Shown here: piece by piece, positions 22,132 through 33,887 of the stretch | How positions within the stretch are numbered: the first letter of the stretch is position 1 | Layout of the letters: each line of letters starts with the position of its first letter | Assembly (NCBI GenBank): GCA_030390025.1 | Contig: CM059431.1 | Coordinates: forward strand, 123,134,001-123,198,000 | Direction: 5' to 3' | Length of the DNA: 64,000 bases | From: Squalus acanthias | Taxonomy: Eukaryota | Notes under the pieces: model-generated | What the model saw: the letters and a program-made list of their open reading frames with translations, nothing else | Databases searched by the model: none | What the model was told of the DNA's origin: nothing | Program-made: the position numbers and the translations under genes

Positions 22132-25100
22132 CTCTGATTTTTTTTTGATTTTCTTCCTTTGGGTATTCTTTTTAACGTTGTCTTGCTATGGTAAACTTCT
22201 TTTATTAATTGTTAGACTCAAATGCTGTCGTACAGCTTAGCTCCTCCCCTCTTCACCCATTTAACATCATGGGGGAAAAATTTGGTTGCTTAGCGCCTCC
22301 CATTAGTGCCCTATAATGGGGCGCAACACAACTAGCGCCCGGGCGCGGCGATGTTTGCGCCGCTCGCGAAATTGACCAGAGTTTTTGCGGCGGCGCTAAA
22401 CTCTACCGCCCTGATCTCCTGCGCCCACAGATCATGATGTCAGTCGAGCGTGCGAAGCCCCGGTGGCGCCCCGGACCGGATATTGAGTGGCGCCCCTTTC
22501 CTTTCCGCCTGCCGCAATCAATAACAGGGAGAGTGGGACGTTTTCCAGTCGGTAAGTGATCCAATCTCAGAGCAGGAATACTGTCATCTTGAGAGAGGAC
22601 AGCACCTCCCTGCTCGACCGACACACTGGCACTCCCACGGGGCAGCACCTCAGCATCTGGAGCAATCTGCTCGAGCACAGATTGCTGGCCTGCTGCGGCG
22701 CCATGAGAGCCCCGGGGCAATGTGTCCGAACCAGCGACGATGGCAGCAGTCACTGCATGCGTGGCCTCAATCTGAGAGAGCAGTCTGAGATTGGATCACT
22801 GCAGCCAGTGACTGAATTGCAGCACAAAGCATTTGTGTGGCATCCGCCTGTGCTGCAGCGTACTCCTTGCTAGTGCATCAATGCTTTTGGGCACCCTTCC
22901 CACTGCACCCATGAGCTCAGTGTGCATGTCCACCGCCTGGGTGTTCATTTCAGCGATGAGCTGCTCCTCCTCTGCGTCCAGTGCAGCAGGACTCGCTGGC
23001 CTACTCTCCCTCTGGGGAGAAGGCCCCCGAGCTTCCCTACCCCCATGGCGTTGCTGCAGCCCGCTGGGTCCTGGAGCTTCACCCTCATCAGACTCTTCCC
23101 CCCTGCTCTCCTCCAGGGAAGACGTGGTCCCAGTGTGGGCATGGGCTTCCTCGGGAGACGCTGGCGCTGAGGCTCCGGCTTCCTCTTCCTCCTCGCCTGT
23201 GGCGTCGCTCCCACTGGCTGGTTGAGGGACAGGCTGGTCAGCTGGTGGTTCTCTATCTGAAAGCAGGGAGGTACAAGAGTGGCTTTAGCGGCAGGACAGG
23301 AGGGCAGTAAGGAAGTAAGGACTGGAGAGATTTAGTAAGTTGGATTGAAAGTGTCAAAGGCTGGTGTTGTGAGGGACAAGTGGAATGAGAGAGGAGAGAA
23401 AGCGGATGAACTTACCATTGCTGTCCCAAATGGGGTCGGCCTCTCCAGGGGCGATGGGGCCGATCACCTGGCTTGCCACAATCCTGGGGACGCGTGCCTC
23501 AAGATCGCTGAGGGGTTGCAGCTGAGGCAGTCCTCCACCCATCCATTGCTGCTGTCTCCTGTTGTGAGATAGCTTGACCTGCAAGAAAAAGGATGGCGTC
23601 TGAGTAAATATGCAGCCACGGTCTTGCCTGATTTGCCTCCCATAGTTGAATAGCCCTTAATGTATGCAAGGTGTGGAATGTGCGTGTGTGTTTTATGAGA
23701 TGGCCATAGGTCTTGGGCATTGGGGTTTTAAGACCATCTGGCCTTAGAGTGAGGTTGAGATGGAGGGATGGAGAGGTATTGAAAAAAAGCCACTCACCCT
23801 GACGATCGAGTGAGGTTGTTGAACTTTTTTCGACATTGTACATGGGCCCTGGGCACCATGCTCCTGGAGGAGATGTGCTGAGCCACCTCCCTCCACACTC
23901 TTCTGTAGTCGCGCAGCAAAGGCCTCCTGCCACTCTCAGGGTACAGTATAGCTCTTCGGCGCTCCACCGCGCCAACCAGAGCCTCCAAGGCCCGCTCGCT
24001 GAAGCGCTGAGCTCGCTCAGGTGATGTCAGTTAGCAATGGAACACAGACATACTGGCGCCGGCCAGTTCTTAAAGGGGAGGGTCGATCTTGCTCTCCAGC
24101 CACACCCTGCTCATTGCAGGCTTGAATCTCGTCGTGGAGAGACCTGTGCCTGAAATCTTCAGCCAAGGACTATGGAGAGGGTCAGAGAGTGATCTCAGCG
24201 CTTCAGCGATCGGGCCTTGGAGGCTCTGGTTGGTGCGGTGGAGCACCGAAGAGCTATACTGTACCCTGAGAGTGGCAGGAGGCCATTGCCACGCGACTAC
24301 AGAAGAGTGTGGAGGGAGGTGGCTCAGCACGTCTCCTCCAGGAGCATGGTGCTCAGGACCCATAAGCAATGTCGCAAAAAGTTCGACGACCTCACTTGGG
24401 TCGTCAGGGTGAGTGGCTGTTTTTCAATACCTCTCCATCCCTCCATCTCAACCTCACACTATGGCCAGATGGTCTTAAAACCCCAATGCCCAAGACTTAT
24501 GGCCATCTCATAAAACACACACGCACGTTCCACACCTTGCATACATTAAGGGCTATTCAACTATGGAAGACACATCAGGCAAGACCATGGCTGCATATTT
24601 ACTCAGACGCCGTCCTTTTTCTTGCAGGCCAAGCTATCTCACAACAGGAGACAGCAGCAACGGACGGGTGGAGGACTGCCTCAGCTGCAACCCCTCAGCG
24701 ATCTTGAGGCGCGCGTTCCCAGGATTGTGGAAAGCCAGGTGATCGGCCCCGTCGCCCCTGGAGAAGCCGACCCCATTTGGGACAGCAATGGTAAGTTCAT
24801 CAGCTTTCTCTCCTCTCTCATTCTACTTGTCCCTCACAACACCAGCCTTTGACACTTTCAATCCAACTTACTAAATCTCTCCAGTCCTTGCTTCCTTACT
24901 GCCCCCCTGTCCTGCCGCTAAAGCCACTCTTGTACCTCCCTGCTTTCAGATAGTGAACCACCAGCTGACCAGCCTGTCCCTCAACCAGCCAGTGGGAGCG
25001 ACGCCACAGGCGAGGAGGAAGAGGAAGCCGGAGCCTCAGCGCCAGCGTCTCCCGAGGAAGCCCATGCCCACACTGGGACCACGTCTTCCCTGGAGGGGAG

Positions 25101-26076
25101 CAGGGGGGAAGGGTCTGATGAGGGTGAAGCTCCAGGACCCAGCGGGCTGCAGCCACGCGATGGGGGTAGGGAAGCTCGGGGGCCTTCTCCCCAGAGGGAG
25201 AGTAGGCCAGCGAGTCCAGCTGCACTGGACGCAGAGGAGGAGCAGCTCATCGCTGAAATGAACACCCAGGCGGTGGACATGCACACTGAGCTCATGGGTG
25301 CAGTGGGAAGGGTGCCCGAAAGCATTGATGCACTGGCAAGGAGTACGCTGCAGCACAGGCGGATGCCACACAAATGCTTAGTGCTGCAATTCAGTCACTG
25401 GCTGCAGTGATCCAATCTCAGACTGCTCTCTCAGATTGAGGCCACGCATGCAGTGACTGCTGCCATCGTCGCTGGTTCGGACACATTGCCCCGGGGCTCT
25501 CATGGCGCCGCAGCAGGCCAGCAATCTGTGCTCGAGCAGATTGCTCCAGATGCTGAGGTGCTGCCCCGTGGGTGTGCCAGTGTGTCGGTCGAGCAGGGAG
25601 ATGCTGTCCTCTTTCAAGATGACAGTATTCTGCTCTGAGATTGGATCACTTACCGACTGGAAAACATCCCACTCTCCCTGTCATTGTTTGCGGCAGGCGG
25701 AATGGAAGGGGGTGCCACTCAATATCCGGTCCGGGGCGCCACCGGCGCTTCGCACGCTCGACTGACGTCATGATCTGCGGGCGCAGGAGATCAGGGCGGT
25801 AGAGTTTAGTGCCGCCGCAAAAACTGGTCAATTTCGTGAGCGGCGCAAACATCGCCGCGCCCGGGCAGCTAGTTGCGTTGCGCCCCATTATAGGGCGCTA
25901 ATGGGAGGCGCTAAGCAACCGAATTTTTCCCCCCATGATGTTAAATGGGGGAAGAGGAGAGGAGCTAAGGTGTACGACAGCATTTGAGTCTAACAATTAA
26001 TAAAAAATGTTTACCATAGCAAGACAACGTTAAAAAGAATACCCAGAGGAAGAAAATTAAAAAAAAAAAATCAGAG
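22132..26076. repeat. ~3.9 kb quasi-palindrome: arms 22132-24018 and 24187-26076, spacer 24019-24186
   Basis: Arms are reverse complements along their length (mirror ORFs 22833-23225+ / 24981-25373- and 23354-23584- / 24622-24852+) and include ~140 bp of non-transposon flank. Confidence 0.95.
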
Positions 26077-26264
26077 TTAGCTCCTCGCTCCTTGGCCTTT
26101 GCACCTTAAGACAGGTGTGTAGCGCCTGGTTTAGTGCTCCAATCACCTCCAGGGGCGATAAAAGCCAAGTTTGCAGTCGGAGGCGATAATTAGCGCCAGG
26201 CGCTAAACTTTGCGCACGGCCGATAATTGCGCCCCAAATGGGGCGATACCAGAATTTCTCCCCC
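22271..26264. mobile_element. Non-autonomous Myb-only Harbinger (copy C) containing the inverted duplication
   Basis: Termini GGGGGAAAAATTTGG (22271) and CCAGAATTTCTCCCCC (~26264), flanked by CAT/CAT; 26077-26264 matches the end of copy G (51800-51988); no transposase sequence. Confidence 0.88.
24172..25640 (+). pseudogene. Harbinger Myb/SANT gene, exons 24172-24408, 24628-24790, 24950-~25640 (mirror copy on - strand at ~22560-24018)
   Basis: LEALVGAVEHRRAILYPESGRRPLPRDYRRVWREVAQHVSSRSMVLRTHKQCRKKFDDL; junctions AGG|GTGAGT, TTGCAG|GCC, ATG|GTAAGT, TTTCAG|A; early TGA and exon 3 lesions. Confidence 0.85.
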
Positions 26265-26689
26265 CATATATTTCAATTGCTGTACCTTTAAAAGTAATTT
26301 TTGCCTATGCCTGTCCTTTTAGTAAAAAAAGTATGTTTGTTTAGCTGATCGTTGAATATACTGCAGTTTGTGAAACTTTACAGCGTGTAGTTCTTTCATG
26401 ATGAAGCATTTCACCATTTTGCTACCAATCTCACTGTAGTTTCACTCTGATATGGATCGCTCCCAATGTAGTCTATCAGGCCACCTTAGACTGATCAATT
26501 TTGGTCTATCTTCAAGCATACCAGCTCACTGGATGTGTTACATTTTATGCTTGCTAAAACCCTTTCCCATCACTTAATCTGCCTCAAGTGTAGAAGATAG
26601 TCGGAGTAACAACAAAGCAGTTTATTCAAACCTACGGAAGTATGATACTTTCTTAAATACTTCTATCCGTTGGTATATTATTTGCTAGT

Positions 26690-27050
26690 GCGTAGCTCAA
26701 TGATACACACCACGAATGTCCTAAGTTTGATCGCTGGTCTGTGCTGAGCTAACTCATCAGTAGGAGCATTATTAGCAGTGTCAGTGCTTTAGGGTTGGGA
26801 AGGGAAAAACTGTCCAGTTCACTCGGCAATAACACCTGTATTTGTGGATGTTGGAATGAGGATGGGATTAGGTGAGAACAGGCATGGATTTGGTTGCAAT
26901 GTCCCCATGATTGAATAGCTCATTGCGCAGGCTCCAAAATAACATCTGACTACTTAGCCAAGGCTCGAGAGGGCACCAGCTGCCTTTGGAACAGTACCCC
27001 AGCATCACAAGAAGGAGCCCATGCATTCAGGAGGGAAGGGGCAGAGGGGA
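26690..27050 (+). mobile_element. Old tRNA-derived SINE-like repeat (related fragment on - strand at ~41225-41400)
   Basis: TAGCTCAATG..AGTTTGATCGCTGGTCTGTGCTGAGCTAACT head resembles degenerate Pol III boxes; family recognised from memory only. Confidence 0.4.
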
Positions 27051-29802
27051 GAACACCAGCACACAGAAAGGAGAAAAAACACAGTTGGCTGCATGAATAG
27101 GAAGAGTGAAAGAGAAAAGAATTGTCGGACGTGTCTTCCTAAGATTGGGAGTACTCATTCCCTTTTCCCAGATGACCTGGTGCCAATGTAAATTGGATCC
27201 CATTGATTTCCACCTGAAACTAGTGAAGAATGTGAAGCTTCTCTCCTTGCCTTTAATTTGCCTGTCATGGTGTTAACGAGCTTAATAGAAGTCTCCTCGA
27301 CCACAGTTGAGATAACAGCCTCATCAGATATAGTAATTAATATACTTTTACCAGACTTAATTTAAACATCTCCCAAAATCTGACATTTCGAAATATTACA
27401 TTTTGTATTGTATTAAAATTCACATTTCATCCAAGACTTTAGTATTTCAGTAGAATGAAGACCTTTTCTGTTGCAGTAGATATTCACATTCTCAGCAGGC
27501 GCACAGAAGGCTACATAGATATTATTAATCGAACCCAAGAAGACATCAATGGCGCAGAATGCATCTGGTAATCAGTTAAAAAAATGTTGATACAGTTTCT
27601 TGACTGTCTGAGTGAGTTAAGAAAATTATTTGAAGATTGCCTTAGTTGCCACAGCAGGGGCTCTTGAAAGGTGTAGATGTTTCGAAGGTGAGTGCACTGA
27701 TCACTGTCACTCACAGTGGTGAGGTGTAACTCATGTGAGCCTCATACTCAAGGGACATTTTACAAAATTGTACTCCTGGTGCAGAACCTAGGCTGCCAGG
27801 AGCAAATAACAAAAAAATGGGCATGTGCTTGATTTCACAATAAGCACTGCCAGGCAGGCCAAGAGCCACACTAGGAGTGTGATATATAATAAAATTACCC
27901 CTATGGATTTTCTTTATGCTTATCTAAAATGCTCAATAGTATTTGCTATCTAATCTAAATTTCCAAGAACATCGGTATCGCCCATTTTGGGGCGCTAACA
28001 TCGGCAGGGCGCAACCTTTAGCGCCCGGCGAGAATTATAGCCAGACACCGCGATACTCGCCTCCAACGCCCCTGGAGGTGATTGCAGCGCTAAATCAAGC
28101 GCCACACACTCTCTTAGGGCGCTAACGTTGGGGAGCAGGGCGCTACCTCAGAGCGCTACTCAAGGCCAGGCGCTGTGAATCGCACCTAATCAAACATATT
28201 GGCGCCTTCCAGTTCTTAAAGGGGAGGTTCAAGCATCCTGCACAGCTGCACCCTTCTCATTGCTGCTTGTGACCTGGTCCTGGAGGAAGCCTCAAACATT
28301 GCACTGAGACAGTGATGGCATTGCAGAGGCCCAGGGAGAGAGCCCACTGCTTCAGTGAGCAGGCACTGGAGGTTCTGGTCATGGCAGTCGAACGGCGATG
28401 GGCACTGCCCTTCCCACACACTGGCAGGAGGCCATTGCCCCAGGAATTTTCAAGGCTGCGGAGGGAGGTGGCCCAGTATGTCTCCTCCAGAAGTGTGGTG
28501 GGAAGGACGCACACCCAGGTGTCGGAAGAGAAGTTCAACGACCTCACTCAGGTGGTCAAGGCGACTACATGCTTCAAAAACCTCTTCATTCCACCATCCC
28601 ACCAGCCCAACCCCACTGTGTGCACAGACTGTATACACTGCCACATCCCCAAAGCACATCTACCAACTATGCCCACCTACTAAATGTCACATCCACATCT
28701 CACACCACGCAGACATTAACTGCTATTCAACTATGGTAGGCACATCTTCCAAACACATGGCTGCAGAATCACTCACACACTGTCCTTTTTCTTGCAGGCC
28801 AAGCTGGCCCACAACAGGAGGGAGCAGCAGCGCACGGGAGGCGGGCAGATGGAGCTGTGGCCGCTCACACAGCTTGAGGAACGAGTGCGGCGTATCATTG
28901 CGAGCCATGTCGTGGGTGCTGTGGCGATTGGAGAGATCGACCCCCTTGGGGACAGCAACGGTATATTCATCACCTCTCCCTCTTCCCTCATACCATTTTC
29001 CCCTCACAACACAAGCCCTTCCCACTTTCCATCTAACTATACTGTCTCCTTTCCTTGCTCCCTCCTGCCCCCCTCCCCTCATGTTAAACCCACTCTTGTG
29101 CCTTCCTACTTTCAGACAGTGAGCCAGCATCTGACCAACCTGTCCCACAGCCTGCCAGTGTCAGCGAGGCCAGAGACGAGGAGGAAGACCAACCCAGAGC
29201 CTCAGTGCCTGCATCTCCCAAGCCCAAGCCATCAGACACCAGGGGAGCATGGGAATGGCCTCTGATGTGTTGGAAGCTCCGGTACCCAGTGGCCTGCAAC
29301 AACACCTTGGGGAAAGGGAAGCTCGGGGGAGATCTCCTCGGAGGGTGAGTACACGCACGAGTTCTGCTGCACAGGACTCGGATGAGGATCTCGACATCGC
29401 AGCCATGAATATGCAGGCGATGAGCATGCACACTGAGCTCATGGGTGCAATGGCAAGGGTGCCCGAGAGTATGGATGCACTGGCTAGGAGCGTGGAGGAA
29501 TCCCACGCCAGCACAGCTGTCATCTGTGCACAAACCCTTGAATCCATCCTTGCCTCATTGCCGAGGATGGTGGAATTGCTGGAGGACCGTGGGCACCCAG
29601 ACACTATGCCGCGTGCAATGGGTGAGATGGCACAGGCCGAGGCAACGCAACAGTTTAGTGCTGGAATCGAGACCTTGGCTGGTGCCATCCAATCTCAGAC
29701 TGCTCTGATGCAGTCTCAGATTGATGCCATGCAAGCGCTGACTGCTGCCATCATAGCTGGGTCAACCACTGTCCACCAGGGATCTGACGGTGCCACAACA
29801 GG

Positions 29803-31240
29803 TGTAAGATTCTAAACACGTAATAAAACCACTGCTACCGTGTGGAGATCGAAATTGCGAACGAATTGTGAGGAAGTCAGCATGTGTTCCTTTGTCTGTG
29901 AGGATTCAAAATGGAAGAAGTCAGCAGGCGGTCCTTTGTCTGTGAGGATTCAAAATGGAAGAAGTCAGCAGGCGGTCCTTTGTCTGTAAGAATTTACTAC
30001 GGAGGTCGTCAGCATGTGTTCCTTTGTTTGTGAGACCACATGGACAGGAAGGAGAAACACCGGATGAAGAGGAAATCCTGCCCCCCACACACATCATAGG
30101 AACATGAATGTGGCAGGCAGAAGGAACGCCAATCAGGGAAGGTTGGGAGTGAAACTGACTTATCAGAGGGAGGCAGATGAAGATATACGAGTGGGCCCAT
30201 GCCGGAGGGCGCTATAAAGGAATGACCCAGAAGTAGGAAAGTCAGAAAGGACAAAGGGGGCTATTTAAAATGGCAGTCGACGTTTGCAGCCTTTTCCAGA
30301 ATGATCACTCATGGAGGAGTGTATGTATGTATGCATGTATGTAAGTTGGACATAGAGATTATATATATATATATGAATTGTTGGGAAGTACTTTTATGTA
30401 CGGTTGACTTGGGATATGAATCGCCAGGGGTTAACATAGAAACATAGAATCTAGGAGCAGGAGTAGGCCATTCGGCCCGTCGAGCCTGCTCCGCCATTCA
30501 ATACGATCATGGCTGATCATCCAAATCCAGTACCCTGTCCCTGCTTTAATCCCCACAGTACACATATCCCACCCTACCCCCGTAACCCCACGTATTTAAT
30601 TCCCCCTAACATATCCCATCCTATCCCCATAACCCCACATATTTAATCCCCCCTAACACTAAGGGTCAATTTATCATAGCCAAATCAACCTAACCCACAC
30701 ATTTTTGGACTGTGGGAGGAAACCGGAGCACCCGGAGGAAACCCACGCAGACACGGGGAGAATGTGCAAACTCCACACAGACAGTCACCCGAGGTCAGAT
30801 TCGAACCCGGGTCTCTGGCGCTGTGAGGCACCAGTGCTAACCACTATGCCACCGTGGTTAGCATATGAATTTCTGGAAAGAACTTTTATGTACAAAACTG
30901 TGGGCATATGGATTGCCAAGGATTAGCATAGAAATTGCAGGAATACTTTTATGTACGTTTAGCTAAACTGTGTAGCATATAAATTGCTGGGGCAGTCATT
31001 TTATGTACGAAATTGTGAGCATATTTATTGCCAGGGCGAATTAATAAACTGTGGGCATATTTATTGCCAGAGTGAATTAATAAACTGTGGACACATACAT
31101 TGCCGCGAGTGCTTCTATGTACACTTGAATTTTAAACTGTAGTGTAATAAAGATAATTTTATTTATAACAAACTTATCTGTCATTGTTACGCTTATTTGT
31201 AATTCTCGAAGTCCAAGCTGTAGTTGGAGAAAGTCCTACA
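29803..31240 (+). mobile_element. Solo LTR (~1.0 kb excluding the nested SINE)
   Basis: TGTAAGATTC...GTCCTACA termini; 4-bp TSD CAGG/CAGC restores the Myb exon; TATAAA near 30213, AATAAA near 31146; internal tandem repeats. Confidence 0.85.
30434..30856 (-). mobile_element. HE1-like V-SINE, young, with CR1-derived tail
   Basis: tRNA-like head (GGTGGCATAGTGGTTAG, GGTTCGAATCT on - strand), V-domain (GGAAACCGGAGCACCCGGAGGAAACCCACGCAGACACGGGGAGAA on + strand), (TTTCTATG)n tail, TSD GTTA. Confidence 0.92.
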
Positions 31241-31944
31241 CAGCCCAGCAATCTGTGCTCCAGCAGATTGCTCCGGATGCTGTGGTTCTGCCCCATGGGA
31301 GTACCAGTGTGTTGGTCGAGCAAGAAGGTGCTGTCCTCTCTCAGGATGACAACATTCCTGCTCCCACCACTGCCACTCCGCCATTGCACTTGCCACAGCC
31401 TGTAACCCAGCCAGCCCAGACTGCTGCCGCCCATGCTGAGATGGTACAGTCTGCAGCCGGGCCCTCCAGGGCCAGAGCTGGTCGAGGGCGTCCTGCAAAG
31501 CCATCTGCAGTCTCTGTCTCGCAGATTCAGCAGCCTTCCATCAGCCTTGCTGCAGCCACTGGGGCCACATTACAGAGTAGCAGTAGGGTTGGTAGGTGTG
31601 AAGTGCGGAGGGGATGGAGATCACCGAGGAAGGCCCAATAACTGAAGTGTTTGCACTAAATGGGGGGAGTGTTTCCCAGACATTTGATTGTGTTTGTAAA
31701 TATGTTGTTCAATCTGTTACATCGTTCTCGCGAGTGCTAAGCACCAGTTCTGTTTGTAAATAAATTGGATTGTTTGTCTGTTACCAGTTGTGGTTAATAA
31801 GATACAGTTGTTCACATTAATAAGAGTGTTTGTCTCCATGTTACAAATCTGATCATCTTCGTCATTGCAACCTTGGCTGCTCATAAGGGCTCAGGCATGG
31901 CTGCGATGATGTAGCTGTGGAACCCCAGTGCCATGTGATGCCTC

Positions 31945-33130
31945 ACTCTTGAGAAGCGCTGTCTGATCAGGCGTTAACGGACGGCCCTTGCAGAGACAAC
32001 ATTGCGCAGCCCCCTCCCACGTTATTGCAGCTCCCCCCCCACACTTCCTCCTCCTCCTCCACCTCCTCATCCTCCTCCTTGCCCTCTTCCTCCTCCTGAG
32101 GAGGTCCAGCTATCCCTGGTGGCAATGGCTGGGTCCAAAGAATGGCGAGGTTGTGCAGCATGCTGCAGACAACTATGAACAGTGACACTCGATCAGGGGA
32201 GTACTGCAGGGCTCCTCCAGAGTGGTCAAGACACCGGAACCGTTGCTTCAGCAGGCCGATGGCCTGCTCGATGAGGCTCCTGGTGGCGTTATGGCTTTCA
32301 TTGTAGGCGAGCTCACCAGGAGTGTTGGGGTTCCGGAGCAGTGTCATCAGCCAGGTAAAGAGTAGATATCCCTTGTCGCTGAGGAGCCAGCCCCAAGCTT
32401 GATGCTGGGGTTCAAACAGTGCTGAGACACCAGTCTGGCGCAGGATGAAGGCATCGTGGCTGCTGCCAGGATAGCGGGCATTCACGGCGAGGAAACGCTG
32501 TCGATGATCGCACACCAACTGCACATTCAGGGAGTGGTAGCCCTTCCGGTTGCGGAACAACTCTGCATGTTCATGAGGTTCCCACAGTGCCACGTGGGTG
32601 CAGTCAATGGCGACATGAACCATGGGGAAGCCCGCTAACCTAGCAAAGCCACATGCGCATTCGTGCTGTTTCTTTCATCTCATGGGGAATGCGATGTACT
32701 CCCTTCTCCATCTGTACAGAGCATCAGTTACCTCCCGGATGCAGCAATGGACTGCAAACTGGGAGATGTTCACAATATCCCCTGTCAATGCCTGGAAGGA
32801 GCCGCTGGCATAGAAATTGAGGGCCACTGTCACTTTCACTGCCACCGACAGAGACGTCCTGGTCCTGAGCCGAGGCTCGAGCTCTGGCCGCAAGAGGTGG
32901 CAGAGCTCTGTGACTACCTCCTTGCTGAATCGCAGCCTTCTGATACACTCCTCCTCTGAGAGATGGATATATGAGAATTGTTCTCTGAATATCCTGGGAG
33001 GGTAAGTTCTTGTGTGGAGAGGTCTGTTGGTCCTCCTCCCTCTGCCCACGTTTTGCACTCTCTCTCTCCGCCTCCGCTGCCTCCGATGATGAGCTGGAGG
33101 TCGAGCCCCCCATGCCATTACAGCCCCCAT
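31945..33130 (-). pseudogene. Harbinger DDE transposase of copy D, with internal stop (~32675) and 3' frameshift
   Basis: YPPRIFRE..CIRRLRFSKEVVTELC..ALNFYASGSFQ; AIDCTHV, PGSSHDAFI, LLSDKGY, RSLIEQAIGLLKQRFRCL, CSMLHN. Confidence 0.92.
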
Positions 33131-33887
33131 TAAATCTTCAAAGTGTTGCTGCAGCAAAGGTAACAGAAATGGGAAGCTAATAAGTTTCTCTGCCGACCAA
33201 CAGTCCCTCAAGTGTGGAAGTGTGAAGTCCCCCCAAACGCGTCTCTCCCTCTCTGAGCGTGCATAGGCACAATAGTTTGCCGACGGGAGAACACAGGAAG
33301 TGCGCGCCTTTAAATAGCGTTCCCCTAGCTCCCAGCTTACAGTGCACCGTCCCCCTGTAGATGTTGTTTCTGTTGCCAGGCGCTGGAGCAGGGGGTGCGA
33401 CCCAATTTTGCATCCGGGGCACTGCGCGCATGCATGACATCACGATCTCCGGGCGCAGGAGATCGTGGCGCTACTGTTTAGCATCGCCCCTAACCAGCAG
33501 CTGAATATCGCGAGCGGCACTACAATCACTGTGCAGGGGGCGGTATGTGGTTAGCGCCCCACTAGCGCCCCCTGGAGGCGCTAAGAGGCAGCACTAAGCA
33601 ACCGAATTTCCCCTTCTGGGTATCAAAACAAAAGGAATTAACACCATATCCATAAATCCTGTGGATTGCCTCTTTTCTCAATTCTATAATAATAATGCTT
33701 CCATTTGCACACCACCTTATCATGTTGAAATGTCTCAGCACTTCCCACATCACAGCTATCATTGGGAATCCTAGGCACTAACCTGTATCCTACTACAGCA
33801 TCTGCAATATGTTGGAGCTCAATGTGCAAAACACCATGGAAACCCCAGACACCATTGCTGCATTGAATACAGACCAATGCAAATTCA

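Larger units (their letters stand above)
28315..31641 (+). pseudogene. Harbinger Myb/SANT gene of copy D (3 exons; exon 3 split by solo LTR)
   Basis: MALQRPRERAHCFSEQALEVLV...RTHTQVSEEKFNDL; exon 2 AKLAHNRREQQRTGGG (28798-28960); exon 3 from ~29116, resuming at 31241. Confidence 0.85.
27970..33613. mobile_element. Full-structure Harbinger (copy D), decayed, with nested solo LTR and SINE
   Basis: Myb gene (+) and transposase (-) convergent; right end CTAAGCAACCGAATTTCCCC matches the copy C terminus; left subterminal CGGTATCGCCCATTTTGGGGCG present but outermost TIR bases lost. Confidence 0.9.

Noticed and set aside
22403..25888. Many overlapping 60-160 aa ORFs
   Set aside because: Alternative-frame and antisense readings of the GC-rich Myb pseudogene arms.
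22132..26076. Pure assembly artefact, or two independent head-to-head insertions
   Set aside because: The arms differ at many scattered positions, host flank is duplicated too, and only one copy of the Myb-proximal terminus exists. Read support is still advisable.
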